This document shows, one piece after another, positions 1 to 16,818 of a stretch of DNA of 64,000 nt. Every line of letters begins with the position of its first letter. The stretch's first letter is position 1. The notes under the pieces are model-generated. The model had not been told where the DNA came from. It searched no databases and was given only the letters and a program-made list of their open reading frames with translations. The stretch comes from the human T2T-CHM13v2.0 reference genome, Homo sapiens: NCBI RefSeq assembly GCF_009914755.1, contig NC_060947.1; one strand, given 5' to 3'. The translations under genes and the position numbers were made by a program.

Positions 1-179
1 GATTCATAAAGGGAAATCTTACTGCTTCTACCTTCTAGCCACTCTAGTCTGAGGCTGATGGAGGCCAATCTGTGTTTCTTCTATGTGCTCAATGAAGAAG
101 ATAACAGCCTCCCTCTTAGAAGACCCAAGGATTTTGTGTGTGGGTTTGTGTCATCAGTAGAACCAACTCTCAATATTGA

Positions 180-783
<604 letters not shown>

Positions 784-917
784 TAGAAAACAGAAATGTG
801 CTTCCAAGTGCCTTATGGGAATAGAATTATCACACAGTACCTTATTTAAAGCATATTGCCAACCAGGTACAGTAATATTCTTATGTATTTGTCCAGAAGA
901 CTTTGAATATCTAAAGT

Positions 918-1073
918 AGTGTTTTCCCCCAGGGGTCACTTATCAATGCCTGGAGACATTTTTTATTGTCTTGGCTCAGGGTGCTACTAAACATCCTGCA
1001 ACACACAGCACAGAGCCCTACTGCAATGATTATCTTACCCATTATGTCAGCGGTGCTGACGTCGAGAAATCCT
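918..1073 (+). mobile_element. MER20-like hAT MITE
   Basis: cccccaggggtcactt..tggagacattttt..gctactaaacatcctgcaa..gagaaatcct resembles the MER20 consensus. Confidence 0.7.
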
Positions 1074-1577
1074 ACCCTGAAATTTATTATTGCTCTTTTA
1101 TGGAAAATGTTGTTATAATGGAAAATCCCATCAAAACTTTTCAATAAAAGCATCTAGACAATACCCTCACATCTATATCCATCTATAAATGTGATACACA
1201 GATGTCTGCCCTTTAGAAAATAGTCTTAACTCCTTCCTGCTCAGAGTGGTGCAAATAAGCTTTCTCAGCTCCCTGCTAGAGAGATATTAAATTTGCATTT
1301 CTCAGGAGAAGAAACTCATTCAGACGGTTGGACCCAAGCTGTTTGATGAGCACTTAACAAAGTGCCTTTGCTTCTTTCTGCGTTTTGTTTGAAGAAGATA
1401 ACTTCTGTTCAGCAGACCTCCATTCTTCACGCACTGTCCTGTAATTCTCAGGAAGCATTTTGGATCTAGTGGGAGTCCTTCATGGCCAATCAAAGCATGG
1501 TGGGAGATCAGAAGCCCGTGGATCCAAGGTTTCTACTTAAGCCAAAAGAAAGGTAGTCCGGAGGAACACAGGAAAGA

Positions 1578-1600
1578 TTGTTGTTGTTGTTGTTGTTGTT
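1578..1600. repeat. (TTG)n microsatellite
   Basis: Direct observation. Confidence 0.9.
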
Positions 1601-3766
1601 CTGTTTTTGTTTTGCAGCATCTTAACACTGCAGTGAGAATAATTCTCTAATTCAACCCTATGATGTGCTTACGTGAGATTTCTCTCTGGCAGTGAATTTT
1701 TCCTTCATATGCACGTTAGTGATTCATTTTCATTCAGTGGCATGACTTATCAGAAGAAATTTCAGTGTCCATCACCCTGGGCATATTCAGAAAAATTATT
1801 TCCCTCCAGGTCTCCAAATAAGCTGATTTTGGAAATAAATGGAGGACAACCTTTTGTGTTACAAAAGGCAGCAACAAGGACTTACAAAAAAGAAGAATCG
1901 AATATCTAAATGTATTAATTCATTAACATGAAAATTCTTTCTGTGGGTCTCATCTTTGCAAGCAGATACAATATTGCCATAGTATGAGTATGACCATGCC
2001 CCTTCCTAACAAGGTATTAACATCAGTAATAGAGAATGGCAACAAGCCATAGTTGGTTACACCTTTTGGAAAACATCAACATTTTAACCATAGACCCTTC
2101 AGCTGGGATGCAAGGAAACAGAGTGCTGGCAACCTCAAGAATCAAATTTTAGAGGTGAAATATTTAGAGCTTGTGGTCCATAATTAAAACAAAATTTGAC
2201 TTCATTTTTTAAAGTTACAAAAACAAATTAATGCTTTAATGCTTAACACACTTTTGTCTAATGGAGACAAGGAATGGATTTAGCTGACTTCTCCCAGTAA
2301 CTTTTGCTGACTTACAGTTGAGCCACTAGAGAAGACCTTTTCAATAGAGTGATACAGATGAAAAAGTCAGTGAGCTGTATCTGCTTTACATTAGTTTTGC
2401 AGAACTAAAGGTGACTCTCTTCATGGGAACAATCCCAAGTTTGTGTGTGTAACCACTTATACTGATCTTGCTTTCTGTTCAACTATGGCAGAGGGTTTAA
2501 TGTTTACAAATGGAAACATATTTTTCTGAATTGTGATAATAACTTTCTGAATACTTAAGATTCCCTTTAATTTATTACAGATATATGTACTTTCTCCTAA
2601 AGATGTTTCCTTAACTATGACTGTCTACATTGAAATCATTGCCATTTGTATATCAAATAAGCTGCTCACCAACATTGTGCCCCAAATAAGCTTCTCTGTT
2701 AGTCTCCAAGACCTTACCTTCTGTATCACCCCAAACCTTTTCTTTCTCTTATGATCCTTCAGTCCTTGGCCTGGCAATTTGGCCAGGCAAAGGGCGCGTG
2801 GGAAGGACATCCCACGTGGAGGGACGAGGATGTTGAAAGCCTCAGAGCTGAGAGAGAGCACAGCACATTCTTGGAGGAATGACGTCAATAGGGTTCAGGG
2901 AAGGTTTCCAGAACATGCCCTTTTTAATTATGTAAAAATTGTCTGTATGGTATTTAACTTGACCTGAAATTTTGACACAAGGGTACCTTGCAAACAACCT
3001 GTTAATAGCGCTACCATCATTGTCAGTCAGGAACCCAAGGAGAATAATTTCACCTTCCAAATTAAAAACACTCCCAAACACTCCCTTTTCCACCAAGAGC
3101 CATGAGGGCACTAGGGCAGAAAACACATTCAGTTTTTTTTAGCATTGGCTGTTATGCAAACATGCTACAAAAACTTGAATTAGTTTGCAAGAAAAATCCC
3201 GTTAGACTGTTTCCAGAGAAAACAGCAATGCTTTGAGTCACTTTGAAAGTGGATTGGCCCATCTCCCCCAGAACACGACATTCTAAAAGCATTTTTGTAC
3301 TAGCAGCGTTAATGGAAATGTGCTGTTCTCTGGGTTATTGCCATAGTTAACTGCGAATCCCACAAGTGGTTTAAGACAATCCCAAATATTTCGATAGCTT
3401 AGACACCACTTAAAAGTTTAGCTCAACAGGGTCACTTTCCATTTTTCATGGCAGAAATGAGGCTTCCTTTGACAGACCATATTTCTGCAGCACTGTTAAA
3501 TGGTGGCTTTCCATAGCAGCGTGATTTATGGCCTGCCTCTAGGAAGGACCACGTTAGGTGTGGGATATTAAAAAAAAAAAAAAAAAAAAAGTCTATCTCC
3601 ACTTTGGAAGAAAAATAGAAAAATAAGTTTGCAGAATAAACTTTGTGCCCCTCCTTTAAAAAAACCTCAAATATTTCATTTTTAAGTAAGAAAAAATAAT
3701 TATAAGACTTGGAGTCTTATTTTGTTTTAGTTAAATCCCCCTTTCCTATAATCATGATCAATTTCA

Positions 3767-4034
<268 letters not shown>

Positions 4035-5339
4035 AAATACTGATCTTAAGACAGCAATTCCATCTCTCATGTTCTTATATCACAATATCACATGATGAAT
4101 TTTGTTGGCAGATGGAAAAAAAAAAAAAAGCCAGATTCAAAAAGTAAAATTCTAGCTTGTGTCCCAGAAAATGGGGATTTCATCTTGCTTTTGGGGAGTC
4201 ATTGAAAGACATTCTCCCTGCTTGGGGAAGGATAGAAATCCTCTGTCCCTCGTCTCTCCCCTTCAGGTCACTTTTCACCACTGGGGGCTTTTCCTGGTCT
4301 AATTCTCATGCCTGCCCACTTCCTCTCTTACTTCTTCCTTCCTTTCAGCTTTATTTGGGATCTCATAAAGGCCTGAGTCTTTCTTGAAAGGAATTTGAAA
4401 AGAACCACGCACAATGACTGCCATTTCGGGATGGAAACAGTATTTCAGGGCACACGCTGTGTCTCAATAGAACTCTCTCTACGGTGTTTCTTTTTCTTCC
4501 CCTCGTGGTTCACAGGAACCTTGGTTTGAGAAGTGAGCCAAGCCAGTCTTTTGTTCTTATTTTTACTTATGATAATAGAATATTTTCAGTCTGCAGACTT
4601 CTGCAGAGTGCATGATTAATAACAAGGGTTGAGACCGGAGAAGTGCTAACAACAAGGCTATAATTACATTATAGGTTTTTAGTGACAACAAAATAAACCA
4701 TGGGAGAAAGCTCAAGGGACATAGGACCTCTTAAGCACACTTACCAAAATTGTACAGCCACGCCAAACTTCCAGTTTCTAAACGCCTTGTAACAAGAGAT
4801 GGCAGGGATGTAGTGTTTTTAATCAGAGAAAGAAAATCCTCAAGTTAAACACTCACCCTTTCAAAATAATTATCTGCCTCTCATTTTGATGGCAATGGCC
4901 TAATGGTATCATGGCTTCAATTTCTCATGTAGCTGTTAATTTATGTTTAATGCAAAACACAATTTTATACCTTATTCCTTTCTTCAAACTATAAGTAATC
5001 TTATTTTGCTCATCACCAACTGCATATGTCTTATTTTCTTGGCCTAGTTAGATACCCAGTAGTAGAGGAGATATATTTTCATTTGGGAATAATCCGTTCC
5101 CTGGTTATTTAATGGTATCATTATTATTATATATACATTAATTCATTCTAAGGAGAAATTTGCATTCATTGCAGTCTACGAATCCAAGTTGCCTCATGCA
5201 ATATAGTATCTTTTTATTTTAATCCCAAATTGTCAGGTGCCCATCTTTTCAGCAGGCCTGTATGTCATGAATAAAGCTTTCCCTTTGATCAGGCAATAGA
5301 CAGAAAATTGTGTTTTGGAGAAGCAAGAGGAAGAATAAG

Positions 5340-5795
<456 letters not shown>

Positions 5796-6612
5796 TAAAC
5801 AGACCTTTCCACGCTCCTCATGCTCCGTGCAACCTATGCCATGGGAATAGATAAAACTAAAGGGTAAAAAGGTGGCTCTGCTCAATGGAGGCCAACAGGT
5901 GCCTCAATGTGCGCCCATGCTTTGCTTTGTCCTCTTTTCCCTCCTCCTCCTCTCTTTTCGTTCTGGTCACATAGTTGTCCAGGTAGGAGGACATCAGAAG
6001 GCCATGTCATTCACCCACCTGAACACCACCCACAGCTTCTCTATCCCAGCAGAGAAAGCTCCCTGTTCTCAACAGGGCGCTGTGGCCGGTTGCTTTATTG
6101 CATGCACAGCTGCCCAGCTTCACTTCCTAGCACTCCTCTCACACTGAAGAAAGCAGCCCCTGTGCTCTGTGCATTGCTGTGCTTACACTTGCAGGCTCTT
6201 CTCCTGGAAGGATGTCTTGCCTCATCCTTCTTGGAGGGTACTCCTCAATGCCCCCCAGGCCCTGCTGAAATGCCACCTCCTCTGCATGTCCTCAAAACAT
6301 TCCCCTCACTCTTCTAGCAAGCCACTAAAGGCTAGAGAAGGAATGAAGAGCATTTAAATGTTTATCTGACTTACTTTCCCAGCCTAAAGATGATGGATCG
6401 TGACTCACTGCATCTGTATTTTGTGCGTCATGCATATTTGCTACATTTAGATATTTAAAGCAAAGTTAAAATGTTCTTCAGTTCTATCTCATTTTCTGAA
6501 CTGGGGGTTCTTTTAATTGTGCAATTGAACAGGATATCTTGTGGGTTTTCTAATACTTGTTTTATAGTGGCATTTCCAATTAGCATACAGGAACAAATGG
6601 TTTATAATCTTA

Positions 6613-7794
<1,182 letters not shown>

Positions 7795-8903
7795 TTACAC
7801 AATTATTGTATGTTCTAGAGGTACCTGTTGAGGCTGGACTTTCAGTTCCTTCTTTGGAGGTAAAATGAAATTCCCCTTTTCTCTAAGGGGCTTTGGAGCT
7901 CTGCTTCTAGAACCTAGGACTGCCCCCCCCCACCCGCCCCAAAGGAGGGGTGTGTAATAACCTCCTAGGTGCTAACTTCTTCTTAAACTTAGGGTGATTC
8001 CATTCCATTTTCCAACAAATCTTTGTCTCTTCCCCACTCACCTAGCCAATTTACCCAAGACTTATCATTTAAAGAAAAGCCTCTCTTTTATTTTTACAAC
8101 TTTTCCATAAAATTACAACCTTTCTATTAGCCACAGAAATCACACCAGGTTTATGCTTCAGAGTTTCTCCTTTAAGTCTGGCAGTTTTCTCATGATATGT
8201 TCTAGAAGACAAAAAAACAACAGAAACATGGGCTTGCGATTTTACTTCTGGAAGCATTTTATTCACATATCTCATCCATGTGGCCACAATTCCTAGTTTC
8301 CATAAGAATACTCCTTCTTTTTTAGATCAGTTTATAGCATCAACTTCTGAGCTTTGTAATAAATGAGAGCTCAAGGACTCTTAATTTCTTTTCATATGGA
8401 GCCGGCAAGAAATGTGAAGAACAAAGTTTCTGTGACTACTGCATGTTCGAATAAGTCTGTATCATGTCCTGAACCTTGCAAAATTGTATTTTAATAGAGC
8501 CAAATCCCCAGTTAGAGAAGCGGGAAGGAACATATTGGATCAGAGGCTGGAGGAACACATTATGTGGAGGAGTAAAGAGAAAGGGGACAGGAAGAGACAG
8601 AAAATAGGAGTGAGAAAAACAAGACCCAGTTTCTGATAGGCAACTGGCCCCGGGATAAAATTTGCTTCTTAGACTCTGAATGCAATTCCTTCAACTCTTC
8701 TGCCTTGAACTGGTAACAAAAAAAGGAGAAATCACAGTATCTGAAGGCTAGAATCATTTATCGAGATAAAGGACCTCAGGAAAACAAGACGTTTATGAAT
8801 CATTTATGATTTATTTTTCAGATGCTATCTGAAACTCAGCAACCATATTTGCTGTCTTGGCTTTTGTGTATGGCTTCATGTTTAGTCATTTTGTATTTTA
8901 TCT

Positions 8904-9135
8904 GTTCATTTTTCCTAGAAATATGTATTGAGCACCTACTGTGTGGAACATATCGTCTTAGCGCTGGCATCTGTCAGTGAGCAAAACAGACAAAGTTCCC
9001 TGCTGAAGAGTAGCTTACATTTTAGAGCATGAGGCACTGCTAGCTGTACAATGTGCTGGGAATACAGGGATGCGTAAGGAAAACGTGACTCTCATCCATA
9101 TGGAGCTTTCTGTCACCTGGGGAAGACAGATCTTA
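8904..9135 (-). mobile_element. L2 3' fragments
   Basis: atgtattgagcacctactgtgtg..gtgagcaaaacagacaaagttccctg. Confidence 0.65.
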
Positions 9136-9322
9136 AACTAGTAATAGTTGAGTGTGACTGCATAGGTCATCTCAGATAGACTTTGGTAGGAGCTTGCCAA
9201 TAATCACTAGACTGTGGAACATATTCCATGAATCTTAGGGATAAGAGGGTTGTCGCCTGACCTCAGAATACTTTATTAGAAAATAGAAAAAAAGAAATGT
9301 AGTATTAGGGTTTAGTAGCAGG

Positions 9323-9513
9323 CAGTGGTATGCTGGAATCAGCTCCTGATCGTTCAGAAATCTTGCCAGCTTGTTATTAAACCATTGTCTGTTTTCATTT
9401 GGCTGTGTTGTGGGTGTTTACACCACGGCAATTGGCAAACACAACAAATACAGGTTGCCTTTCTCCCTCAGAGCCCTAGATTAACAACAGTTTGTTGGTA
9501 TCAGTAGAACTGA
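9323..9513 (+). mobile_element. MER63-like hAT element
   Basis: Starts cagtggtatgctgga; internal tttacaccacggcaattggcaaac. Confidence 0.55.
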
Positions 9514-10410
9514 CTGCAGATGTTTTTAAGATGCAGTTTACCATTTGTCTTGATTACTTAGAGGATTAAATGTTATAATTCCAAACTCATGAAATACTGA
9601 TTTTCAAAAAACTTAATGCTAGGATTTCATTTCCACCCTTTTAAAACATGAATCTCTTTTAAAATTTATATATAATGTCTTCGCTATAATTTAGTTGTCT
9701 CAGTAAATTGAATGACATAATTTAATTATGACCTGATATCATTATTCCTATTACATTTTATAAGAACTCATGAAAGCATGATTATAACATGGATAACTTT
9801 TCTTGCACTAAAATAAGAATTTTGAGTTAAAATTTAACATTCAATGGGTATGAAAAATTTTGGCTTTAATGTTTGACATATGAATTAATGTTATTAAAAA
9901 TTCACCACAATGACAACTTGATTTTATGGATGGAATTGATCTTAGAGGGTAGGTGGATACTTGGCTCCAGGATTTTTAAGCTGATGACTGTAGTCTGTGA
10001 GATAAATATTCACATTAATGGAGAGTCCCCAAACCAGCTGGTCATACCAAAATCCATGGGATAGCTGTAGATATATTCTAGAATGCAATGCAATATAGTA
10101 CATAGTTAACAGCTTAAAGCGTTTTGTACAGACATATATGGAATCTTAGCATCATGTAGACAAGAAAGTCACATATATTTAAAATGTCACACTTTAGTCA
10201 GAAACGGGATCTCCATGAAGCTATAAAAATTACTTAGGGGAACGGGGCACCAATACCATTATTTCCCTAGGAGAAGGATGTAGACATCCTCACATTGGAC
10301 TAGCAGAGTTTCATAAATCCTGGCTCCATATTCTATTCAAGTTTGTTGGAAACTTTTTCCCAACAACAAAAAATAAATAAATAAAGCTTTATTTTAAAAA
10401 TGACAATACT

Positions 10411-10588
10411 AGGAACATTTGAATGATTCTCTTCTAGCTATTGTGAAATATACAATCAATTAATGTTAACTGGTGATGGATATCCCAATTTCCCTGATTT
10501 GGTTATATGAGTGTTTCAAATGATCACAGGTACCCTGAAAATACATACATTGAATATGCATCAATAAAAAGTAAATAATTAAATAAAA
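10411..10588 (+). mobile_element. Old L1 (L1MA-like) 3' end with inverted 5' segment
   Basis: 10411-10470 is antisense L1MA 3'UTR; 10471-10588 is the sense 3' end (ggtgatggatat..ccctgatttg..A-rich tail). Confidence 0.65.
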
Positions 10589-13507
10589 TTACAGCAAACA
10601 GCCATAGGGTAATGGAATTCATTCCAAAGGAATGTGTTCCTTTCCGGCTTTCTGAAAGATACCTTCATTTCAAGCTCAGTAAATGGTTTAAAATCAAAAC
10701 CAGCTTACCGTGGTAACATAAAGAAAAGTGCTCGCATGGCTCACTGTCTAGCATTTTCATTTAATTAAAAAATTAATTTTGCCTCTAAAACACACCTAAT
10801 AAAAGAGAAGAAATTCTCATAACAGCCACTTATGAGTTAACAGCATCAGAAAGGCAGCACTTGGCTTTCATCATCACTAGTAATTTTGGTGAGTACTTGT
10901 CAGATGCCCTTCCTCATCTAATCCTCAGAATTAGGATCTAAAGTGTCAGAAATGAAATATCGAAGGCTGAAGCTGACCTAATGTGAGATGCAGCATTTCC
11001 AAATTTAAGCTCACCAGGATCTATCCTGTGTTTCAGCTGACCTTATGAAAGGACATATTTTCATCCTACTCTGTAACTGTTGTAGCAATTAAGAAAAAGC
11101 ACATATATGTAAACCATTTCAAGGATAACTTTTAAGTCTTAGGATTTATTTTCTCTGTGAACACTTCAAATGCTGCATTGCCACAAGCTTTTAATAGTTC
11201 AGGCATGCAGCTATTATTTCACTCATGTGCCTGTGAAGCCCAGTACAAGGTACAACATTTGTACTTGTAATTGTAGCAACACAGGATGATGGTGTCCTGG
11301 GATGAACAGAATTTGCTTTGGAGATCTAGGAAAAGGAGTGATTTATGAGGTTAGAAAAGATTTCATAGAACTTTTAATTTTTTATTAAATTTATTTTATA
11401 TCATTATCATCTAGACACATCAGTAACAGCTTAACTTCCCCTAACAGTCATTTCCAACAGTGGAAAAAAATCACCACATAAATAGATTTTGTGTTTTCCA
11501 ACATAGCCTATTAAACATATATTTTCTTATGGAACTTCATATTACCTTATAGACAGTATCAGACAATATTTGAGATAAACGTTCACTTTTCAACCAAAGT
11601 TGTAGTATGTCTGATCTAAGATTACACTAATACTGTGGAAGAAAAATTCCTGGTCATTACTTTTGATAATTTGCTACAATGCAAACTTACTTCCTTATAG
11701 AAACAAAGTAAATCAAAATTGAATTTTCTTTCTTGAATACAAAAAAAAAAAAAAAAGCGCCAAAAAACTTGGTGTGGCTGAATGATCAAATGCCCTCTTC
11801 CATCTAAGCTTGGCACCCAGCTTATTCTGATCTTTTTGCCAGGGGTCACTTCTGATCTTTTCCCCTTGCATTCTCCGTCCTACCGTTTCATTGATTTTCT
11901 ACAGTATTTTACACATCTCTTTTCCCTGACTTCAACACGGGGTGTCTCTCAGTTCTCCCGAAATGTCTGCTTATGTCTCTAACCCCCCGCCAGATTTGCT
12001 TTCATATGCTCTCAGACCTGGTGTTTTCTAAATAGACATTTTAGTTCTAACCAGGGCATGCAATATTTAGCAATTTTTTGTGTCTTCCTTACTTTCGTAT
12101 CTTCTGTACAAAAATGTTTTGTAGGTGGTTATAGACGTTTCCGTTTGTTAATCTCATGTTCTTGAAATTTGTCATCTCTTTTTGTGATCATTATGTATCT
12201 TTTGAAGACGTGCTTGATGACAGTAAACACTGATGTTTGTTGCATATTTACTGTCTGCCCGACAGTTTGTCAAGAACATTGTATTTGATATCTCATTAGA
12301 AGAGATTATGATTATATTAGTTTCAGATTTGGCTGTAACAAAAAACAATAAAAAAAAACAGTAGTTTACATTAGAGAGAAGTTTATATCTCCATCTCATG
12401 GGTGACATCCAGAGGCGAATGGTCTACAAAATCTCTGGGGTGCAGAATCTTTCAAGCGGCTTTTCCACCTCCTGTAGAATGTGACAGCTTCATCTTCATG
12501 GTGAATGATGGTTGTGTCTACCCTAAACGCATACAATGGCGGGACGGATGGGAAAGATGAGAAGAAAAAAGTGCATGGCTACTACTTCCCAAGGAAGATA
12601 GTCAGACTCTTCTCAGAGGCCAGAAGTTGGTCACCTGTTCACACCTAGCTTCACAGGAGGCTGCAAAGGAGAGTTTTGTTATGGGTGTTCATGTACCCAG
12701 AGGAACACTCAATGACTGTGGGAGGCTGGCGGATCAGCTAGCTATCTCTCCTCCCAGTGTTATTTTTTCCCAATTATAGATGGGGAGACAGAGAGGTAGA
12801 AGGTCGCATTACTGGCATACAGTTGCAAAGTTGATGGCCAAGTTGGGATTTGCAACCAACACCATTTGCTTTTGAGTCTGTCTCCCATTAATCGAAATGT
12901 CTTCCCCTAAGACAATATGTTCTTTTACTCACAATTATAAATCATGATTCCTCCACCTAACCGTGTATCTGGACATCTCTGTGCCCCCATGCACTGAGTC
13001 CACGATTCATCCACATCCTCTTATTCCCCAAATGTGGACATCCTTGGCATCATCAGGTCTCATACTCCTTCCACTGGCTCCATGCCTGGTCCTCGTCCTC
13101 TCAGCTGCCCTCCTCCCTCTCCATGAATGTTCTTTCCTGGGGGCCAAATGACTTATGCCCCCTGCACAATTCCTGATGACTGCCCATTTTTGACACCAAG
13201 CAATCCCAAAGCAAATGTACTTCCAAGCTCTCTGCCTTCCTCACTCCGTTATCTGCCATGATCAGACAGTAATCTCCAGTGCCTCACAGTAGTCTGTTGG
13301 TCCTTCAGGCTGGAGATGGTGCAGAGCCATTGTGTGATTTCAGGCAGGATGCTCCGGGTAGGTCCCGAGGGGACTGTGGAGTGTATTTGGCTTCTTGTCT
13401 GCTCACCCTGGATTTCATAATGACAGCTGGTTCCTCCCCTCTCTTTCCATCCCTTCCTCCTAATAACCATCATCTCTTTTTTTTTTTAAATTTATCCAAC
13501 AATTTTT

Positions 13508-13796
13508 TTTTTTGAGATGGAGTTTTGCTCTTGTCGCCCAGGCTGACATGCAATGGCACGATCTCGGCTCACTGCAAACTCCACCTCCAGGTTCAAGCGA
13601 TTCTCCTGTGCCAGCCTCCCGAGTAGCTGGGATTACGGGCGCCCACCACCACGCCCAGCTAGTTTTTATATTTTTAGTAGAGACGGGGTTTCACCATGTT
13701 GGCCAGGCTGGTCTTGAACTCCTGACCTCAGGTGATCCACCCAGCCTCGGCCTCCCAAAGTGCTGGGATTACAGGTGAGGGCCACTGTGCCTGGCC
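13508..13796 (-). mobile_element. AluS
   Basis: Full dimer; TSD CCAACAATTTTT at 13496-13507 and 13797-13808. Confidence 0.95.
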
Positions 13797-15174
13797 CCAA
13801 CAATTTTTATTGGGCCTCTATTCTATCTAAGATACTAGGCACTACACATTTAGGAGATGTGGGAGATATAGTCCCTGCCTTCAGAGAGGAAATAATCCAG
13901 CCAGAGAATTGGAGACCTCAAGTGTTGACTGAGTGATGAAAAGTGGTGAGAGGAACAGAGGAAGACTGGTGACTTCCAGCTGGGAATTCAGATGGGTGCA
14001 TGGAGGAGAACACAGCAGGGCTTTGAAGGACAGCTAGAATATCAATATGGAGGCAAGGAAGGGAAAGTGAGGGAAGAGTCTCATATACATCCTACACCCA
14101 CTTTGTTCCAGGTTATATATTTCTGTCCCTTAATATGCAAAACCCAAGGCTTGGTAAAAGGGAGTATTTTGTCCTCAAATACTCAGGCATCAGTTGGGAA
14201 AGCTTGTGTTGCTCTCAAATTGGCTGGCTGTGAAACAGATGCACCCAGCCACCAGAGCTGCTTCCTCATCCTTCTCACTGTTGTTGTATCGTGAGCTCCG
14301 GTACTGCCAGCTGCAGGAAGCAGGCAGAACTTATCTACTGTCATCGATTATATATCAGCCAAGGGCTGAATAGTTAGGGGGTTTGTGCTATGGTAAACAG
14401 ATGGCAGTGAACCTCAGGGGTCAGAAACAGAGCTTGGGGCCAAGATGCTTTTGGTGAGTGTGCATGTATTAAGTTAGAAGACACATGATCTATGGAGGCT
14501 CAGGTATGGACACACTGTAAAATCTTTGGGTGTAAGAAAAGATTTGAGGCATTAGTGTGGGGTATCTGGATGAGACTAGGGTAATGTATGGAACAATTTT
14601 TTAGGTGGATCGCAGGAGTAGGAGGGCACCATGAGATGGGTTTTCAGACATCAGTTCAGTGGATGACATTAACTTTTCTGTAAACTTACTGAGGGGGCAG
14701 GCCTAGGGTTCTTTGTGTGGGGGTTCCTCACAATGGAAAAATGGAACAGTATGTGAAATGGTTCTTGAAGAACTTCAAGATGGCAACAGAGGTACATGCT
14801 GCCAAGACTGAAAACCCAAAATATCTGTGTATACCTTCTATGATATATACATGCAGTCTTCCAAGCACCCAAAATAAATCTCGCCAAAACTACCAGTTGA
14901 ACATCATTCATCAAGGGAAGTTTAAATCTGAGTGATACATTAAGAGCCACTGTGTTGAAACCATGTAGATTTATTAATAGTTTTCCATATACTTTAAGAA
15001 TCCTTAGCAGAAAAAAAAATGTCTTACGACATGTATTACAGTAGCAACAGATTGAAGGGCAGATGGAAACTGAATTGTTTCTTGCGTAAATTGGCTGCAG
15101 CTTTCTGTTCACAGCTAACTCATGTATAGTCTCTACTATAGACCCAGCCTCCTTCTGACAGCATCACATATAGG

Positions 15175-15358
15175 AACCAATTTTTAATCCTCAAAGCAAT
15201 GCTACCAGGGAAGAACTATTATTATGAACATTTAACAGAGGAGCAGACTGGGACACAGAGAGGTGAGAGCAGCTATGCCCAGCATCACGTATGTAAGAAA
15301 CTGCAGAGCTCGGGGTTGAACCTAAACTATTGATGCTCAGAGCTATGCCCTTAATCAA
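15175..15358 (-). mobile_element. MIR
   Basis: attattat..cagaggagcagactgggacacagagaggtga..gcccagcatcac. Confidence 0.6.
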
Positions 15359-15908
15359 GTCAGTGGCAGGAAAAACCTTGGCCGAAGCACCTGCCCTCTA
15401 GCTAGTGCGTTCTCTCTCTCTCTTCCCCGCCTACCGCCAGCACCCCCCGCCCCTCCCGGGACTCCTCTGTCTATGCAAGTCTCACATAGCATCAGGCTAA
15501 GAAAGGCAAATGCTCTTTTCTAAAGACATTGCTATCATCCTAGAACAAGAGAGTCTTCGGGCCCCTGGCACCACCCCTTCTCCATCATATTTGTCCTGGA
15601 AGAGCACAGCAACTCTACCTGTCTCTGCTTTTTCTATACTGCCTATGGATCTTTGGTGCCTTTCCTGTCCTTTAGAGCTGTTCATTCATTCATGCAGTTT
15701 ATCACCACGCCTTGGGACTTGTGAGGATTGTCTGTCTCAGTCCAGCTTCTGGCTCATTTTATCAAAAATAAAGTTTGTCTTATTTTATAGCTTAGCTCTC
15801 AGAGGGTTCATGTGTAGGGAGTGGCGAATTTGTGCTATGATAACTATTAGCCCTGACATTTCAGGGGCTCAGCCCAGCAAACATTTATTCTCACTCTTGC
15901 TGTAGAAC

Positions 15909-16085
15909 AGAGCTTGTCAACCTGGGTACTAGTACTATTGACATCTGGGGCCAGATCATTCTCTGTGCTGGAGGCTGCCCTGTGGATTCTAGACTGTGGA
16001 GCAGCATCCGTGGCCTCTCCCTACCAGGTATCAGTAGCAAGTCTGCCCCACTGCAGCTATGACCACAAAATGTGTCTTCCGACAC
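15909..16085 (-). mobile_element. MER20-like hAT MITE
   Basis: actattgacatctggggccagatcattctctgtg..cagcatccgtggcctct is the reverse of MER20. Confidence 0.65.
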
Positions 16086-16818
16086 GGCCAGAGGTTCAGG
16101 AGATAACTGTGTTCAGTGCCTGTCATGGTGGGAAGGTGGGGGTCTAGGAGGAGAAGGTTCTGCCATCCATTTGTCAGGGACCACCCTGACAGAGGCCCCA
16201 TCATCTCGAGTGTCACCAGCAGAAGAGACAGCTCCTCTGTGCTGTGGCTGGGAAAAGACATACCACATACTGCTCACGTTTGGCCAGAATGGGCCATGCG
16301 GCCTTTCTGACTTCAAGGAAGCTGGAAGGTGTTCTGGAGCGCTTGAATTACTCAGGGTTTATTATCCCCAAAAAGGAGGTGTAGTCTTGTTTTTGTGGCC
16401 TCAGAGTTCCAGGTTGGGGGCACCTTGCTTTAGCCGCTGTGGGTTAGAAGCAGGGGCCGTAAGGGCACACTCACGTTGTGTGATGCCTCTGAGTGTCTAT
16501 CATGCGCGCAGTGTCTTTACTTGTGCCGAACAGGCTTTCCAGACCTGGTTTTGTTTTGTCTCACGTGATGGCTCTGAGACTTCTGCAAGACAGCAGTTTA
16601 AACATTCAGAGAGGCCTGGAAATGAGTGTCCTGGGGTCTGGACTGTGCCGAGCTGTGTTATGGACTGTTGTGACTGCTCTAAGTAGAGAATTCAGAATGC
16701 AAGATGTGAGAGGCTTGCGTCACTATGAGAAGCCAGAAGCACTTGGGGCCCTTGGGATAAAGACAGAATGAGGCCTTCGAGGACGTTGTTAAAATTTGTA
16801 GGCGATGTAGCATGACCC

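Noticed and set aside
16072-16686. 204-aa intronic ORF
   Set aside because: Non-ATG start in a MER20 end, no recognisable domain, and overlapping ORFs on both strands in GC-richer DNA suggest chance.
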